DNA of 64,000 nucleotides from Eledone cirrhosa (GCA_964016885.1 OZ024748.1:25916001-25980000); one strand, 5' to 3'. Shown: positions 1-18,009, counted from the first letter of the stretch. The notes: generated by a model from the letters alone, not told the origin. Made by a program: numbers and translations.

Positions 1-3000
1 AGTCAGGTTCTGGGGTCAATTTAATTGAATTTCCTCTCCCCTCAAATCACTGACTATGTGCCTAAATTAGAAATCATTATTATTAATTATCTAGTTAAAC
101 ACAAAAATATGTCTGTTAAGTCTACTTGCTTTTGACAATTTGTAAAAAAAATATATATATGGTGCCCCAGCATGGTCTCAGCCCATCAACTGGAACAAAT
201 AAAAGAGAATATATTGACTTGGCATTTACTTGTTGTGGGGTTAATATCAATGTTAAAGATCTGGTTGTGATGGTGGACAGGGTACGTTTCTTTAACTTTA
301 TTTTTATCATGACTGTAAATAAAACTAACTGCACATAGAAGTATAGAATATATAACCTGTTTAGTGATTGTCTGATGGAAATGATAGTGTCTATTATACG
401 CAAATAAACGTACATACAGTTTGTGAGTAGAACATAAATTGAATTCCAGAAACTAGTACCAGAACAATTTACAGAATAAATTATATATATATTGTAACTT
501 AGAAGACAATTTATGAACACCACCAATCGAAAAAACAAACAAAAGAAAACAAAAAGAGCTAAGAAGAAAGAGTAGAAAGTTGATGTATTTTGTTGTGAAA
601 GAAAGATAGGAATATTGATATTTCACACAAAATGTCCTTTGTCAAGGCAGATATATGGAGAAGAGAGTCACCTTTTCTTCAAATATCAATATTGATAAAT
701 GACAAATTGTGCCTAATGTTGATATTTCTTTCTCTCTTTCTCTATACATTACATGACTTTCTGCCATTGTTTTTTTTTTAATTATTTTTTGCTTATAAAT
801 TGCTTTCTGGAGAGATATATATATACACACACATAGGTATGTCCTCAGTAGTGTACAAAATAAATTATTAATAAAGTATTATTATCAGAAGTAATAATTC
901 ACTGCACTTGGATAAAAAATATATATATATATATATATATATATAGTTTGATTCAAGTGATAAACAGTGTTTTATTACTTTTCTGGGCAATTATATATAT
1001 ATATTCACACCATGTTGACACTGATGATACCTGGATTACAAGGATACTGTATATTTTACATTGTTGCAAAGTATCTGGATCAAACATTGGGTTCTGAACA
1101 AACTTTTTTATTCTTATTTTAATACTAACCTCAGTGAACATCTGAGGTTTAATTTTGTCAAGCTGCTGTTTCTTTTATTCTTATTTCTTGTTTTATACTC
1201 ATGTAATACTAATAACTGTTGACTGTTGGCACTTCAAATTACACCCCACTCCACCCCCAACCGTTCTCCTCCATGACTTTATAGTTCTGTCTTATCACAG
1301 AAATGAAATAAATAATTGTATATAAAGAAAGGATATGAAAAACAAAAGAATTTCCTTTCTTTTCATATCACAATTAACTTTTAATGTCCTGTACTACATG
1401 AGACCGTATTAGTAAGACATATTTGAAAAGTGCAAAACAGCACTATGATTGCATCACATTAAATATTAATGTCTTTACTCTAATACTGCAAATTTTCACA
1501 AAAATAACATGTATGTATATATGTATATGGATGTATATATATATATATATATGTATATATACTTCCTTACAGTATGTTAAGAGTTAATCAATGACATGAA
1601 ACATTCTATGTTTATCCCATTTGGTGCAGTTTGATGTTCCTTAAAAGTCTCAACTGTCACCTCCAGCACTGCTTGGTGAAATTGTGGGAGTTGGGGGGTA
1701 GGGTAGTAGAAACAAAATGTAAAAGTTAATTCGTTCTTGAAGTCTTCACAATTTTGATTATATTTAGTTTTAGTATTATCACTTAAAAGTGGAAGCACTG
1801 AGCTTCTATTAAAAATAGAAATTCCAGTAGCCCCTCCCCCTCCCACTTTTGTTGGGTACAAATTTTATCAATCTTTCTCTGAACTTATATATTATAGTTC
1901 CATAATTGTTGTTGTCCAATTTTAACTGAGACTATTTTAAACTTCAGTGCCTAATTAACCTCCAAAATATACCAGTAAAGTCTTACTAAATATGTCAACT
2001 TCCAATATGGGATATAATTGCATATATTTCTTTCTTTTTTTCTTTTTCTTTTAGTGTTGTTGTTAAGAGAGGTGATTAAAATGGTGGTTTTTGTTGGATT
2101 TTTTCCCCTAATTTAAATCTTAATCACAAACAGAAAAAAAATTATCCAAGGTTGGGTTGGGGGTATGAGGGAAAGTGAGGTCAAGTTTATGTGGATAAAC
2201 AATTGCATTGTGATTTTATGTATGGCAAAAGCTTGATGATTTCCCAGTTGATGTTTAATCAGTCACAGAGAGGAAATTCAAATGACAGTTTTTGTTGGTT
2301 TTGTTTTGGGGGGAGGGGGGGGGTATTATTATTAATGTTGTTGTTTTTATTATTATTATTATTGTGGATTGGCAGAGTCGTTAAAGTGTCAGGTAAAATG
2401 TTTTGTGGCATTTATTGTGGCTCTTTACGTTCTGGTTTAAAATCCTGCCAAGGCCAACTTTGCCTTTCATCCCTCCGAGGTCGATAAAATAAAGGACCAG
2501 TCAAGTACTGGGGTTGATACTAATCAACTTTCCCCTCCCCATCAAAAAATTACTGGCTTTGTGCCTAAAGTAGAAATCATCATCATCATCATTAGTATTA
2601 TTAATATTATTTCTTAATTGATTACATGAATGTTACTTTTAAAAATATTTTGAAAAAAATTCAGTTTGAAATTCAAACTTAACATTCCTGTTCTGGGCTA
2701 CCGAAATTTGATATGATGTAGCCATGAAAGTGTTTTCACAAGAGACACAGTAATAGTTTTTCAGAAATGTCTGCAAGAAATGTGGACATTTGTTTTTAAA
2801 ACTAGATATTACAGATATTACTGTTTATCTTTTGAAACTAACAATTTTTTTCTTCTTCCTACCTTTTTGCCAAATAGTATTTAAAATTATTTTTTTCCTC
2901 TTGAAAATGGTTTTCCATTTTCTTTTTTTTTAATGTAATGAGAATTTATCTCATCTCATTGAAACTATTTATGTTCTCTAGGTATCAATATATTTTTGTG

Positions 3001-3470
3001 TCTTTGCAAGACAACCAAGCTCTGTGCTGTTTCAGCTAAAGTTGGTAAAATCTTGCATATCTGACATATTTTTTTCTTTTTTCATTGTGTAAATTTTACT
3101 GAATCTCCTTGAAAACTAGAATACAAAAGTAAATATTTGCATTGTAAATTATTATTTATAAATTATTAATATTAATAGTATATATTTTTTAAAATTTAAT
3201 TCACTGTCAATTTTAAGTTCTTTATTTTAAGCACAGTGTATTGACAAAAAAATGTTTTATTTCTTTGTTTTTACTGACATACAACTGGCAGCAACCCTCC
3301 CCTTCTTAACAAATCCAACTAGATGATTTTATTTGGTGTTGCTTTTGTTTTTAATCTTTAAAAAGATACTGCTGCTGCCATACAGTTTTATAAATGGTTG
3401 ATTACAACAAATGTTTATATCATCATCACATATATATATATATAACATACATACATGTGTGTGTATATAT

Positions 3471-3950
3471 ACGGTGATGAATTTGTTTTGCAAGGTTTTT
3501 TATATGAAATATTGTTATATTTGGGGAGGGTCATATTGCCAGAATTAATAATAAAACACTTTCACTGTTTGGTTTGGATTGGTTTTTGCTTCAGTATATT
3601 TTATATCTCTATAGTTAATTTAGCTGGCAATCAATGTTTATCATTGATTGACCAATGGTTAAAAATACAAATATAAATGTATATATGTAGTCTATCAAAG
3701 TTCTTTCATCACAACCTGTGACATCATCAGTGGTACTATTATGTTTCCTCCCATTGTATTGTAAAGTCTATTATAGACACAGGTGTGTGATGAAAGAACT
3801 TTGATAGACTATATATATATTTATATTTTTAACTGTTGGTCAATCAAAGATAAACATTGTTTGCCAGCTAAATTAACTATATAAAATATACAGAAGTGAA
3901 AAACCAATCCAAACCAAACAGTGAGTGTGTTTTATTATTTCTGGCAATAT
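3471..3950 (-). mobile_element. PLE-derived fold-back element (inverted arms + tail)
   Basis: Arms ~3533-3714 and ~3786-3950. The end GGGAGGGTCATATTGCC and the tail are homologous to 39410-39500. Decayed hammerhead at 3694-3734. Confidence 0.75.
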
Positions 3951-4070
3951 TATAACGATATACATACATATATACGTAATAATTACAAAGACCAAAATCC
4001 AAAAAGGGCTCGATAAGGATTTTATATATACATAAATGTATATATAAACCCGTGGAGCAGATATTTATTA

Positions 4071-4160
4071 TTTGTACAGATTAAAGTTTAAGCAAAGAAT
4101 TTCTGCTATCACCCTATTATGAAAGCAGAAATTCTTTGCTTAAACATTAATCTGTACAAA
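4071..4160. repeat. ~37-bp-arm hairpin of a dispersed repeat family (also 30645-30790 and 51742-51800)
   Basis: TTTGTACAGATTAAAGTTTAAGCAAAGAATTTCTGCT and its reverse complement. 3978-4065 is the reverse complement of ~30700-30785. Confidence 0.85.
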
Positions 4161-4164
4161 TACA

Positions 4165-8690
<4,526 letters not shown>

Positions 8691-8810
8691 TAGTGGTTCA
8701 CCACTGGATAGAAGTGTATATATATATATATAGTTCCAATGACATCCACAAGTTTTGTGTAGGACCCTGACTTGTGGTCTTTACAGTGTGAACACGCCTA
8801 CACACACATA

Positions 8811-8841
<31 letters not shown>

Positions 8842-11039
8842 TTATAAATTCATATTTACATCATACAATTCTTGTGAAATCATTGAGTGAGTAGATGACG
8901 GCCAGAGCTATACATATTCACAATTAGCTTCCTTAAACTATATATATACATACATATATATGTGCTTGTTTTATAGGTTTGTATATTTACATACACTAAA
9001 CATGTACTGAATAAAGAATTCTACTGTTAATGTCAAAATAATATATATAGCAACTGTTTACTTTGAAGTTTCACCAATACTGAGAAGTTAGTATTGGGGA
9101 ATTTTCAGAATAAACATTTACTATTAATAATATAATATTAATTACTTAAAGAAATATGGTCTTGCAAAACATAACTGTTTGAATACATATCATATCTTAC
9201 CCAATCTCAGATGTGCTATGATATTTATTGAAACTTATGTTTACTGTAATGTTATATTTCTTAAATAAAAAAAAATATACCAACTCTGCAGTTAGTATAT
9301 TGAGTCAGTTATTTAATAGTGGTCTTCTTTATTTTATTTCAGAACTACACTGAATATGTGTGTAATGTAGTTTGGTAAAGGATATCTAAAGTTAGGAGAG
9401 CCTTCAGTCTGTTGAAAGAGTTGTGATATATAGATATTTATTACACTAACTTACATTGTCATTTAGGTACAATTGTTTCACTAGACATCTGTCTCAAATG
9501 AATTGGAGTCGAACCTCGGTGAAAGATTTTTTTTATAAATGACATAAGTTAGCTTTATAAATATCTATTTATCTCTCTCTCTCCCTATATATATATAGGT
9601 GCAGGCATGACCATGTGGTTAAGGAGTTCACTTTACAACCACATGCTTTCAGGTACATTCCCACTGTGTGGTTCGTTAAGCAAGTGTCTTCTACTATAAT
9701 ATTAATTAATGCCCTGTGAGAAATTTGGTAGATAGAAACAGCAGAAGCCCCCTTTTTGTGTGTATTTCATATATCCTTAGTTAAAAAAAAAATGAAGACC
9801 AAATTTAACGAAGTACTCAATACGTATTAAATATGTAAAGTTTATATATTTTATTGGAATCATCATTGTATGGCTGACTGGCCTGTTTCCACCTCTGTTG
9901 GGTTAGTTCATCTTATACAGAATAACAATGGTTGTTGTTGCTGGTAAACTAACTCAATGTTGAGTTGAAATGAGGAGAAATTCAGTGATTCCTAAGAAAT
10001 TTGAAATGTAGTTCTAACATAAACGACTATATTAATAATAATTATAATTGATCACTATATATAGTAGTTGAGAAAATTAGTTAGAATATCCATGGTGATA
10101 GAAAAATAACTGAACAGAGAATGTAAATGACTAACAATAGCCAATTGCTATAAATAATAGTTGAGAAAATCTGAGTGTTTTATCCAATTTTCTCAACTAT
10201 TGTGATCTATTATTATTATCATTTATATTGGAACAACTACATTTCAAGTTTTCCCAATATTTCTTAAATTCAACAGGATGTTTATATTCATAAGAATATT
10301 AAACTCCTTTAATTTGCTCCCTGTTTCTTTACAATACATCGGTGCTGGATATATGGAGTTAACATTTTCCTTCACTTTAACAGTTTTTTTTTATTAATTA
10401 ATTTAAAACAATTTTTTCATTGATTTTACTTTGAATTTTTACTATTTACCCCTCCCTATTTGAATGTTACTGTAACACTTAATTGTAAATTAATTTTTTG
10501 TACATATGTCTGAACCAGTAACAGAATATTACCACTCTACAGATTAGGACATTTCCTAAGCTTAACTTTGAACATTCAGAAATATCTTTTTTAAGATCAC
10601 TTGATACATTATCTTATTCTGAAATTAAATAGATTTTTCTGAATTTCATATCTGCGTTTGTGTTGTTTATCTTCTTTTGAAATTGTTGATGTTTTAGCTG
10701 CCACCACCAATGCCAGGTCAACTTAGATCCAGCACAACCAATAACTGCTATCTATTCTGAAGTTGATAAATCAACATACCAGTCAAGTACTGAGGGTTGA
10801 TATAATCGATTTTGCCAGCCTTGTGCCGAAATGACAAATTATCTCAGACTGCATCAATGAATATTTATTCTTTTTCAAGATGACAGTCTCTAATTTGAGG
10901 AACATTTGCTGCTATTTCTAGCAAGTTGAATGAATGGATTTAGCAGAAATAGCTGATAATCGAAAAAATAATTTATAGAATCTGTTGAAAACCCATCAAG
11001 GGTCAACTTTGTAGCTAATTTATTTCTAGGATAAATTTA

Positions 11040-11375
11040 CATAAAAATAATAAAGAATTTAATATTTAGTCAAACATAGAAAAAGAAAGTAGCATTGCAA
11101 AAGACTGACTATAAATGAAAGGGCAAGGATTATAAAGCAACAAAAGAAAGAAAAGGAAAGAGGAAAGGGTGACAGACTCTACACAAGTCAAGGTGGTGTT
11201 TCGGCTGTGCCCCCACAACAAAAAACAACTGCTGCAATAGCCGCTCCAACATCACAGGGCTCCTTCCTCAGACAGGCTGCTGTCATTCCGATTTTACAGA
11301 AGAGATCAGCTATATGGGTTCCAAGGACGCCTGAGGTCTTGATGGTGACTGGTGCAAAGAGGAAGCAGATCATTG
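11040..11375 (-). mobile_element. Old 3' fragment of a CRE-like element
   Basis: FLFAPVTIKTSGVLGTHIADLFCKI aligns with FLFALVAVENSGVLGPHTAELLHKI at ~18290-18360, with a similar T-rich tail. Confidence 0.7.
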
Positions 11376-11791
11376 CTAAGCAATGAATTGTCAGACATTA
11401 AAAGCTTGGCATTATTCATTCTTGCTCTCTGCACACTTCAAATTTTGCTGGGGTTAACTTCGCCTTTCATTCTTTTGAAGTTGACAAAGAAAATACCAGT
11501 CTAGTACTGAGGTCAATTCTTTCTCTGTGTCTCCATACTCTCTCTCCTTCTCTGCAAGAAATTGGTTGTATTCAGACCTGGAAAAGGGATGGGCTCTGCC
11601 GGGTTTAAAGAATGCCAATAAATGTTACTATGACTCCATCAAGAGTTACCTGTCCATACATGCAGTATCATTGTCACTGATTCTTTTCTTGTTTATACTT
11701 TCCTTTCATCTTATAACAGACATAGGAATTAGCTGAATAACCTTGCAATGGAATCACCAAATTATAAATGAGACTTTGCACAAGTAACTAG

Positions 11792-11981
11792 TGTTGGTAT
11801 CATGTGACCAATCGATCAATCTGTTTTACACCAGATGTCACTACTTGCAACATCTATGTTGGTATCATGTGATATATCAATCATGTTTCACACCAGATGT
11901 CACCACTTGTAACATCAATGTTGGTGTCATGTGATATATCAATCATCTGTTTCACACAAGATGTCACTACTTGTAACATCA
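11792..11981. repeat. ~57-60-bp tandem triplication spanning the FAAP20-like stop codon
   Basis: Unit GTTGGTATCATGTGATATATCAATCATCTGTTTCACACCAGATGTCACTACTTGTAACATC, three copies. Confidence 0.9.
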
Positions 11982-12023
11982 AGACAAGATTCTATATGTA
12001 TATTTCTTTCTCTCAGCTCCATC
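11939..12023 (-). CDS. FAAP20: FAAP20-like gene, last coding exon (MELRERNIHIESCLDVTSSDILCETDD*)
   Basis: Strong acceptor tatttttcag|. Completes C-x2-C-x15-H-x3-C-L-x5-D-I, the same spacing as the recalled human FAAP20 UBZ (CPMCQKEFAPRLTQLDVDSHLAQCLAESTEDVTW). TGA at 11941-11939. Confidence 0.8.
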
Positions 12024-12280
12024 CTGAAAAAATAAGGAGTAAAATATAAGTAAAACAATTATTGATGATATGAAACAGTTCATATTGTTTCTAATAATAC
12101 AAGTCATTCTCCATTGTGAATGATAGCCTTAAATTTTACTATTCCTCTAAATACTCTGCTGAAAACCTAGTAGCTTATTGATAATGTCTGCCCATGTCAC
12201 TCTGATTGTGATATCTGCAAGACAGACAAACATAGATAACCCAACTCTTGTTTTTCAGCTCAATTAGAAATATTTATATG

Positions 12281-14381
12281 TGTTACAACATAACAGGTGT
12301 GACTATACAAGTTATTATTGTGTATGTTACACTACAGAGGTGTGACTATACAAGTTATTATTGTGTATGTTACACTACAGAGGTGTGACTATACAAGTTA
12401 TTATTGTGTATGTTACACTACAGAGGTGTGACTATACAAGTTATTATTGTGTATGTTACACTACAGAGGTGTGACGATACAAGTTAATATTGTGTACGTT
12501 ACACTACAGAGGTGTGACTATACAAGTTAATATTGTGTACGTTACACTACAGAGGTGTGACTATACACGTTAATATTGTGTACGTTACACTACAGAGGTG
12601 TGACTATACAAGTTATTATTGTGTATGTTACACTACAGAGGTGTGACTATACAAGTTAATATTGTGTACGTTACACTACAGAGGTGTGACTATACAAGTT
12701 ATTATTGTGTATGTTACACTACAGAGGTGTGACTATACAAGTTATTATTGTGTACGTTACACTACAGAGGTGTGACTATACAAGTTATTATTGTGTATGT
12801 TACACTACAGAGGTGTGACTATACAAGTTATTATTGTGTATGTTACACTACAGAGGTGTGACTATACAAGTTAATATTGTGTACGTTACACTACAGAGGT
12901 GTGACTATACAAGTTATTATTGTGTATGTTACACTACAGAGGTGTGACTATACAAGTTATTATTGTGTACGTTACACTACAGAGGTGTGACTATACAAGT
13001 TAATATTGTGTACGTTACACTACAGAGGTGTGACTATACAAGTTAATATTGTGTACGTTACACTACAGAGGTGTGACTATACAAGTTATTATTGTGTATG
13101 TTACACTACAGAGGTGTGACTATACAAGTTAATATTGTGTATGTTACACTAGAGGTGTGACTATACAAGTTAATATTGTGTACGTTACACTACAGAGGTG
13201 TGACTATACAAGTTACTATTGTGTATGTTACACTACAGAGGTGTGACTATACAAGTTATTATTGTGTATGTTACACTACAGAAATGTGACTATACAAGTT
13301 ATTATTGTGTACGTTACACTACAGAGGTGTGACTATACAAGTTATTATTGTGTATGTTACACTACAGAGGTGTGACTATACAAGTTAATATTGTGTATGT
13401 TACACTACAGAGGTGTGACTATACAAGTTAATATTGTGTACGTTACACTACAGAGGTGTGACTATACAAGTTAATATTGTGTACGTTACACTACAGAGGT
13501 GTGACTATACAAGTTAATATTGTGTACGTTACACTACAGAGGTGTGACTATACAAGTTAATATTGTGTACGTTACACTACAGAGGTGTGACTATACAAGT
13601 TATTATTGTGTACGTTACACTACAGAGGTGCGACTATACACGTTAATATTGTGTACGTTACACTACAGAGGTGTGACTATACAAGTTATTATTGTGTATG
13701 TTACACTACAGAGGTGTGACTATACAAGTTAATATTGTGTATGTTACACTACAGAGGTGTGACTATACAAGTTAATATTGTGTATGTTACACTACAGAGG
13801 TGTGACTATACAAGTTAATATTGTGTACGTTACACTACAGAGGTGTGACTATACAAGTTAATATTGTGTATGTTACACTACAGAAGTGTGACTATACAAG
13901 TTAATATTGTATATGTTACACTACAGAGGTGTGACTATACAAGTTAATATTGTGTACGTTACACTACAGGTGTGACTATACAAGTTATTATTGTGTATGT
14001 TACACTACAGAAGTGTGACTATACAAGTTAATATTGTATATGTTACAACATAACAGATGTGTGACTATACAAGTTAATATTGTGTAAAGTGGTCGTGTAG
14101 GAGACACAGTAAAAAGGCTCTCAGTCCACACTGTAAATGTGGTTGGTGTTAGGAAGGGTATCCAGCCATACAAAACCTGTCAGAAACAGTTTTGTACGAG
14201 TGAGACACGGTCTGCAAAACAATCTCACCAAGTGGGACAAAACTGTCCAACCCATGTTAGCGTGGAAGATGGATGTTAAATGATGATGATCATAATGTTA
14301 CAACACTACAGAGGTGTGACTATACAAGTTATTGTGTATGTTACACTACAGAGATGTGACTATACAACTTATTTATTGTGT
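12281..14381. repeat. 43-bp minisatellite (~41 copies + 2 beyond a SINE fragment) filling intron 4
   Basis: Unit GAGGTGTGACTATACAAGTTAWTATTGTGTAYGTTACACTACA. Confidence 0.98.
14087..14292 (+). mobile_element. SINE/LINE 3' fragment with (TGA)n tail interrupting the 43-bp minisatellite
   Basis: GGTTGGTGTTAGGAAGGGTATCCAGCC...CCCATGTTAGCGTGGAA..GGATGTTAAATGATGATGAT. The same tail occurs at 33168-33212. Confidence 0.7.
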
Positions 14382-14390
14382 AATGCTTAC

Positions 14391-14658
14391 CAAGGTGTGA
14401 ACACTTCTTCACATATCGGACATTGTTTAATTAGTGAGGTAACTGATTGACCATGAGAAACTTCTCCTTGCTGGTGTCTGTCAATTGAAGTGTTTTGTTG
14501 AATATTAGGAGAAAGAAATAAGTTCTTCGCTACTGATTTATCATTAGTTTCTCTCTGAATGTTTGTTCTTCGTTCCACCGATGACTGACAAGCGAAGAGA
14601 TCAGGACTCAACATACAATCTGATTTGTTTTTCTCTGAGTTATTTTGCTGCGGTGTCG
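14391..14658 (-). CDS. FAAP20: FAAP20-like gene, exon 4 (ends IKQCPICEEVFTP-W, first half of UBZ finger)
   Basis: Acceptor tttttaaaag|, donor TG|gtaagc. 268 nt, phase 1 to 2. Contains CPxC. Confidence 0.8.
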
Positions 14659-15556
14659 CTTTTAAAAACAAAAGTCATCACAAAATTTCAGTAGAATAAA
14701 ATTACTTGTTAAAGAGTAGGGATTAAAACTGCATTATTCATCATCTTTTCCAAGTAATAATAAAGTGAGGCAGGTAGAACCATGGAATATTCAATAGGAA
14801 TTTTATACTCTGGTGCTTGCAAAACCATTAGCAAATAGTGTCTTTTGTTTTCCTATGGGTTAAATCATTTTCAAAGAGCAAGCCTATAATATATTGCTGT
14901 GTTGTGCATATTTGTTTTTGTTGTTGCTGTGTGTATTTGTTATTGTTGTGTATATATGTTGTTGCTGTGTATGTTGTTATTGTGTATATTTAAGTAATAA
15001 TTTTTATGATTAGTGTCAACAAAAATATATAGATAAATAACTAATAAAGCTAACTAAATATATAAAAATAAATCAATTAAAAAAAAAAAAGAATAACCAT
15101 TCGGCAACATTTATTTGGCATTTTTTACTGTTAATGTTAAATGTTTTGAGACAAATATAAACTATATATTTCAGGTTGAACTCATCCTGCTCACATAAAT
15201 GTCAGTTTTTATTGCTATTACAGACATTCAACACCTACTGTGTACTGTTTAGAATAGCGACACCATATGCCTGCATACATCTTGGTTTAGAATAGCTATA
15301 CCATATCCCTGTGTGTATTTAAAGGTCTGTGGTCTAGTAGTTACGGTGTTGGCTTTACAATCATAATGTTAGGGGGTTCAATTTCTGGACTGGGTGATGT
15401 GTTGTATTCTTGAGCAAAACACTTAATTTCACGTTACTCCAGTATATTAATTTAAAATGAGTATCAGCTAATCTTTGCTTTAGCAGAGTAAATAACCTTA
15501 AAACACTTGTTAGTTGTTGTGTCTATATGAATCAAATCATTATACTTATCCACCGA

Positions 15557-15746
15557 GGGCGGTGGATTGGCAGTATCGGTAGAGGGTCGAACGCCATGCT
15601 TTGTAGCATAGAGTTACGCCCCTTTATGATCTGAGTTCAAATCCCGCCAAGGTTAACTTTGCCTTTCATCCTTACGGGGTCGATAAAATAAAGTACCAGT
15701 AATGTACTAGGTAATTGCTGGCCTTGTGCCAAAAGTAGAAACAATT
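15557..15746 (+). mobile_element. tRNA-derived SINE, family 1 (Meta/MESC-like core GCCTTTCATCCTTACGGGGTCGATAAA)
   Basis: A-box-like head and GAGTTCAAATCC B-box. Full copies also at 31885-32072(-), 43784-43973(-), 58362-58550(+), 59402-59580(-). Partial or older copies near 1-80, 2368-2580, 11440-11520, 46560-46720, 51829-51940, 52557-52660 and 57690-57845. Confidence 0.85.
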
Positions 15747-16184
15747 ATACTTATAATTTCTCCATGTTTTAATGCCAACATACAAACAACTTTGTCAAGA
15801 TATTTAAATCATTTCAATTACTATTTTTCAAACAAAAGACGTATATATGTTTTGCAAATAATGAAGGATTTTGTAATATTACTAAGATGGCACTTGGAAC
15901 ATAACTTAACAAAGGTTCTTACATAAAGTTCTGCTGGAAAGGTTTTAAATAAACATAAACATTTAAAAACAGCCAGTTTTCTATTGTAGATCCAGGGGTG
16001 TTTGAAATATAACTTAAAGGTTCTTACAAAAATTTTGCTGGAAAGTTTTTAGATACATTTTAAAATAAACAGTTTTGTATTGTAGAATGAAGGGTGATTT
16101 CAGGTGGTTTGGTTAATTTGGCACCATTTTTGAACTACTTTATGCTATTGCCTAGACAACAAAAACTACTGAATTTCATCTTAC

Positions 16185-16446
16185 CTGGATTTAGATTAGA
16201 TATTTTTCCAATCCAATTTAACTGATTCCCGTTTAAATTTTCTTTATGGAAATGAGAGATAAGTTTTGAAAAGACACAAGCTTCATTTTGTGGTGATGAT
16301 TTCATTCCTGAATAATCTTTATTTAGCTGTCCTGTGATATCAGAATGTAGACCTGTAGCACACTGGGAACAAAAATCTGGAAATGGTGTCCATTTGTCTG
16401 TAGAATTATCCAATGCTTCTTTATCATTGCATTTCATTTTATTAAC
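16185..16446 (-). CDS. FAAP20: FAAP20-like gene, exon 3 (contains DKWTPFPDF)
   Basis: Acceptor gttgaag|, donor CCAG|gtaag. 262 nt, phase 0 to 1. WTPFP matches, from recall, the motif in the N-terminal FANCA-binding region of human FAAP20 (FSWTPFPP). Confidence 0.75.
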
Positions 16447-16919
16447 CTTCAACATTAAAACGACAAAAAAAATAGCAATGATATATCATTACGTGAAATT
16501 GAAAATTATTCTAAATAGTATTGCTGTGTTAAGTGAAGTACCAGGTTTGGTTATTCACTCACTCTCTCTCACACTCATCTTTCTCTCTCTCTCACACTCA
16601 TCTTTCTCTCTCTCTCACACTCATCTTTGTCTCTCTCATACACTGTCTTCTTTGTCTCTCTCTCTCTCCTCTTTGTATCTTTCACTCTCCTCTTTGTCTC
16701 TCTCTCTCACACTCTCCTTTTTGTCTCTCTACTTTCTCTGTCTCTCTTCCTCCTTTTCTTTATCTAAACTCTGCCTTCTCTCCTTCTCAATTAATAAACC
16801 AATCAACTATTTTGTGTTGAAAGAAGGATTGTGAGGGACTACTTCACAATGCCCTCCTCTTTTCCAGAAATGGAAAAGTGTTGAATGAGGAATTAACAGC
16901 CTCTTCTCACAGAAAAATG

Positions 16920-17180
16920 ACAATATTTGTTACTGGGGTGGTCCAAGGATGGTTTCCTATCCAGTACAACAATATACATTACTGGGATATCCAAGGATGA
17001 TTCCCTGTCCAGTACAGCATAGCAATATATGTTACTGGGGTGATCCAAGGATGATTCCCTGTCCAGTACAGGGCAGCAATATATATTACTACGACCATCC
17101 AAGGATAATTCCACCCAGTACAGGACAGCAATATATATTACTACAACTATCCAAGGATGATTCAGTCCAGTACAGCACAA
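16920..17180. repeat. Degenerate ~50-55-bp tandem repeat (5 copies) in intron 2
   Basis: CAATATAT.TTACT....TCCAAGGATGATTCCCTGTCCAGTACAG recurring. Confidence 0.85.
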
Positions 17181-17277
17181 AATGGCAATAAATAAAAAAA
17201 ATCCTCATCACTTAATTTCCACCGGTGTAGTACTTTTGTGACATTGAAATATTTAAGTATAAAAAGTTGTATCTGAC

Positions 17278-17374
17278 CTTGAAGTCTGGGAAAGTGGTGA
17301 AGTGAAGTGACTGTGACTCAGTATGAATGTTTTCTAGCTGCTGTCGTAACTTCTTGAAAATATCACCATTAGAA
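17278..17374 (-). CDS. FAAP20: FAAP20-like gene, exon 2 (SNGDIFKKLRQQLENIHTESQSLHFTTFPDFK)
   Basis: Acceptor ttcatttag|, donor AAG|gtcaga. 97 nt, phase 2 to 0, no stops. Confidence 0.7.
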
Positions 17375-18009
17375 CTAAATGAACTGAAAGTTAAACATTT
17401 TTATATTTTATTAAATATTCCTGTCTCTATATCTGCATGTATGTATCTGTTTGTGTGTGTGTGTATATGTTTATGTGTATGTGTGTAATTTAGTTTGTGT
17501 GTGTGTTTCTTTTTAATTATTTGAATCCTTCCTGTAAGGAAGAAGCTGGTTTCTAACAAAAAACAAGCCCCGTTGTTGGAGTGTGGAAACCAAAAGCAGT
17601 CACACATCTTGCATATTTTTATTGTTCTTGTAAAGTGTGTGTTAGCTGGTCAATATGAGCTGCCTTCCCCATGGTTTACTGCGTCCATGCTGACCTCAGA
17701 TAGTTTTAAATAAATGTGAAAGCATTGATTGTGGTAGAGGTGAAGTGAGAATAATTTCCATGGTGCAGGAAGAGTTTTGATTGAAAAGTTGCAGAAGAGT
17801 TTGAAGAACAGTTGATGAGTCAAATATTTTTTCTTGGAATCTGTATCAAGAGTTCTGATTTTAGTATTGAAATGGTTGAAATAAAATAAGAAATGCCACG
17901 GAAAATCTTCTATAAGGTGAGGGGGACACTTTGTGTTAAAACGTTTAATGAAATAAAATGCCCTTATAATTTATCCCATTGTTTAATTTTTATTATTGTT
18001 ATTATTGTT

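Noticed and set aside
12147-12214. Alternative acceptor (ttgcag|ATATCAC) for the last FAAP20-like exon
   Set aside because: It gives an immediate TG|A stop and loses the His/Cys ligands; the 12023 acceptor completes the finger.
12281-14381. CRISPR-like array
   Set aside because: Contiguous identical units with no unique spacers, no cas genes, and a eukaryotic intron context.
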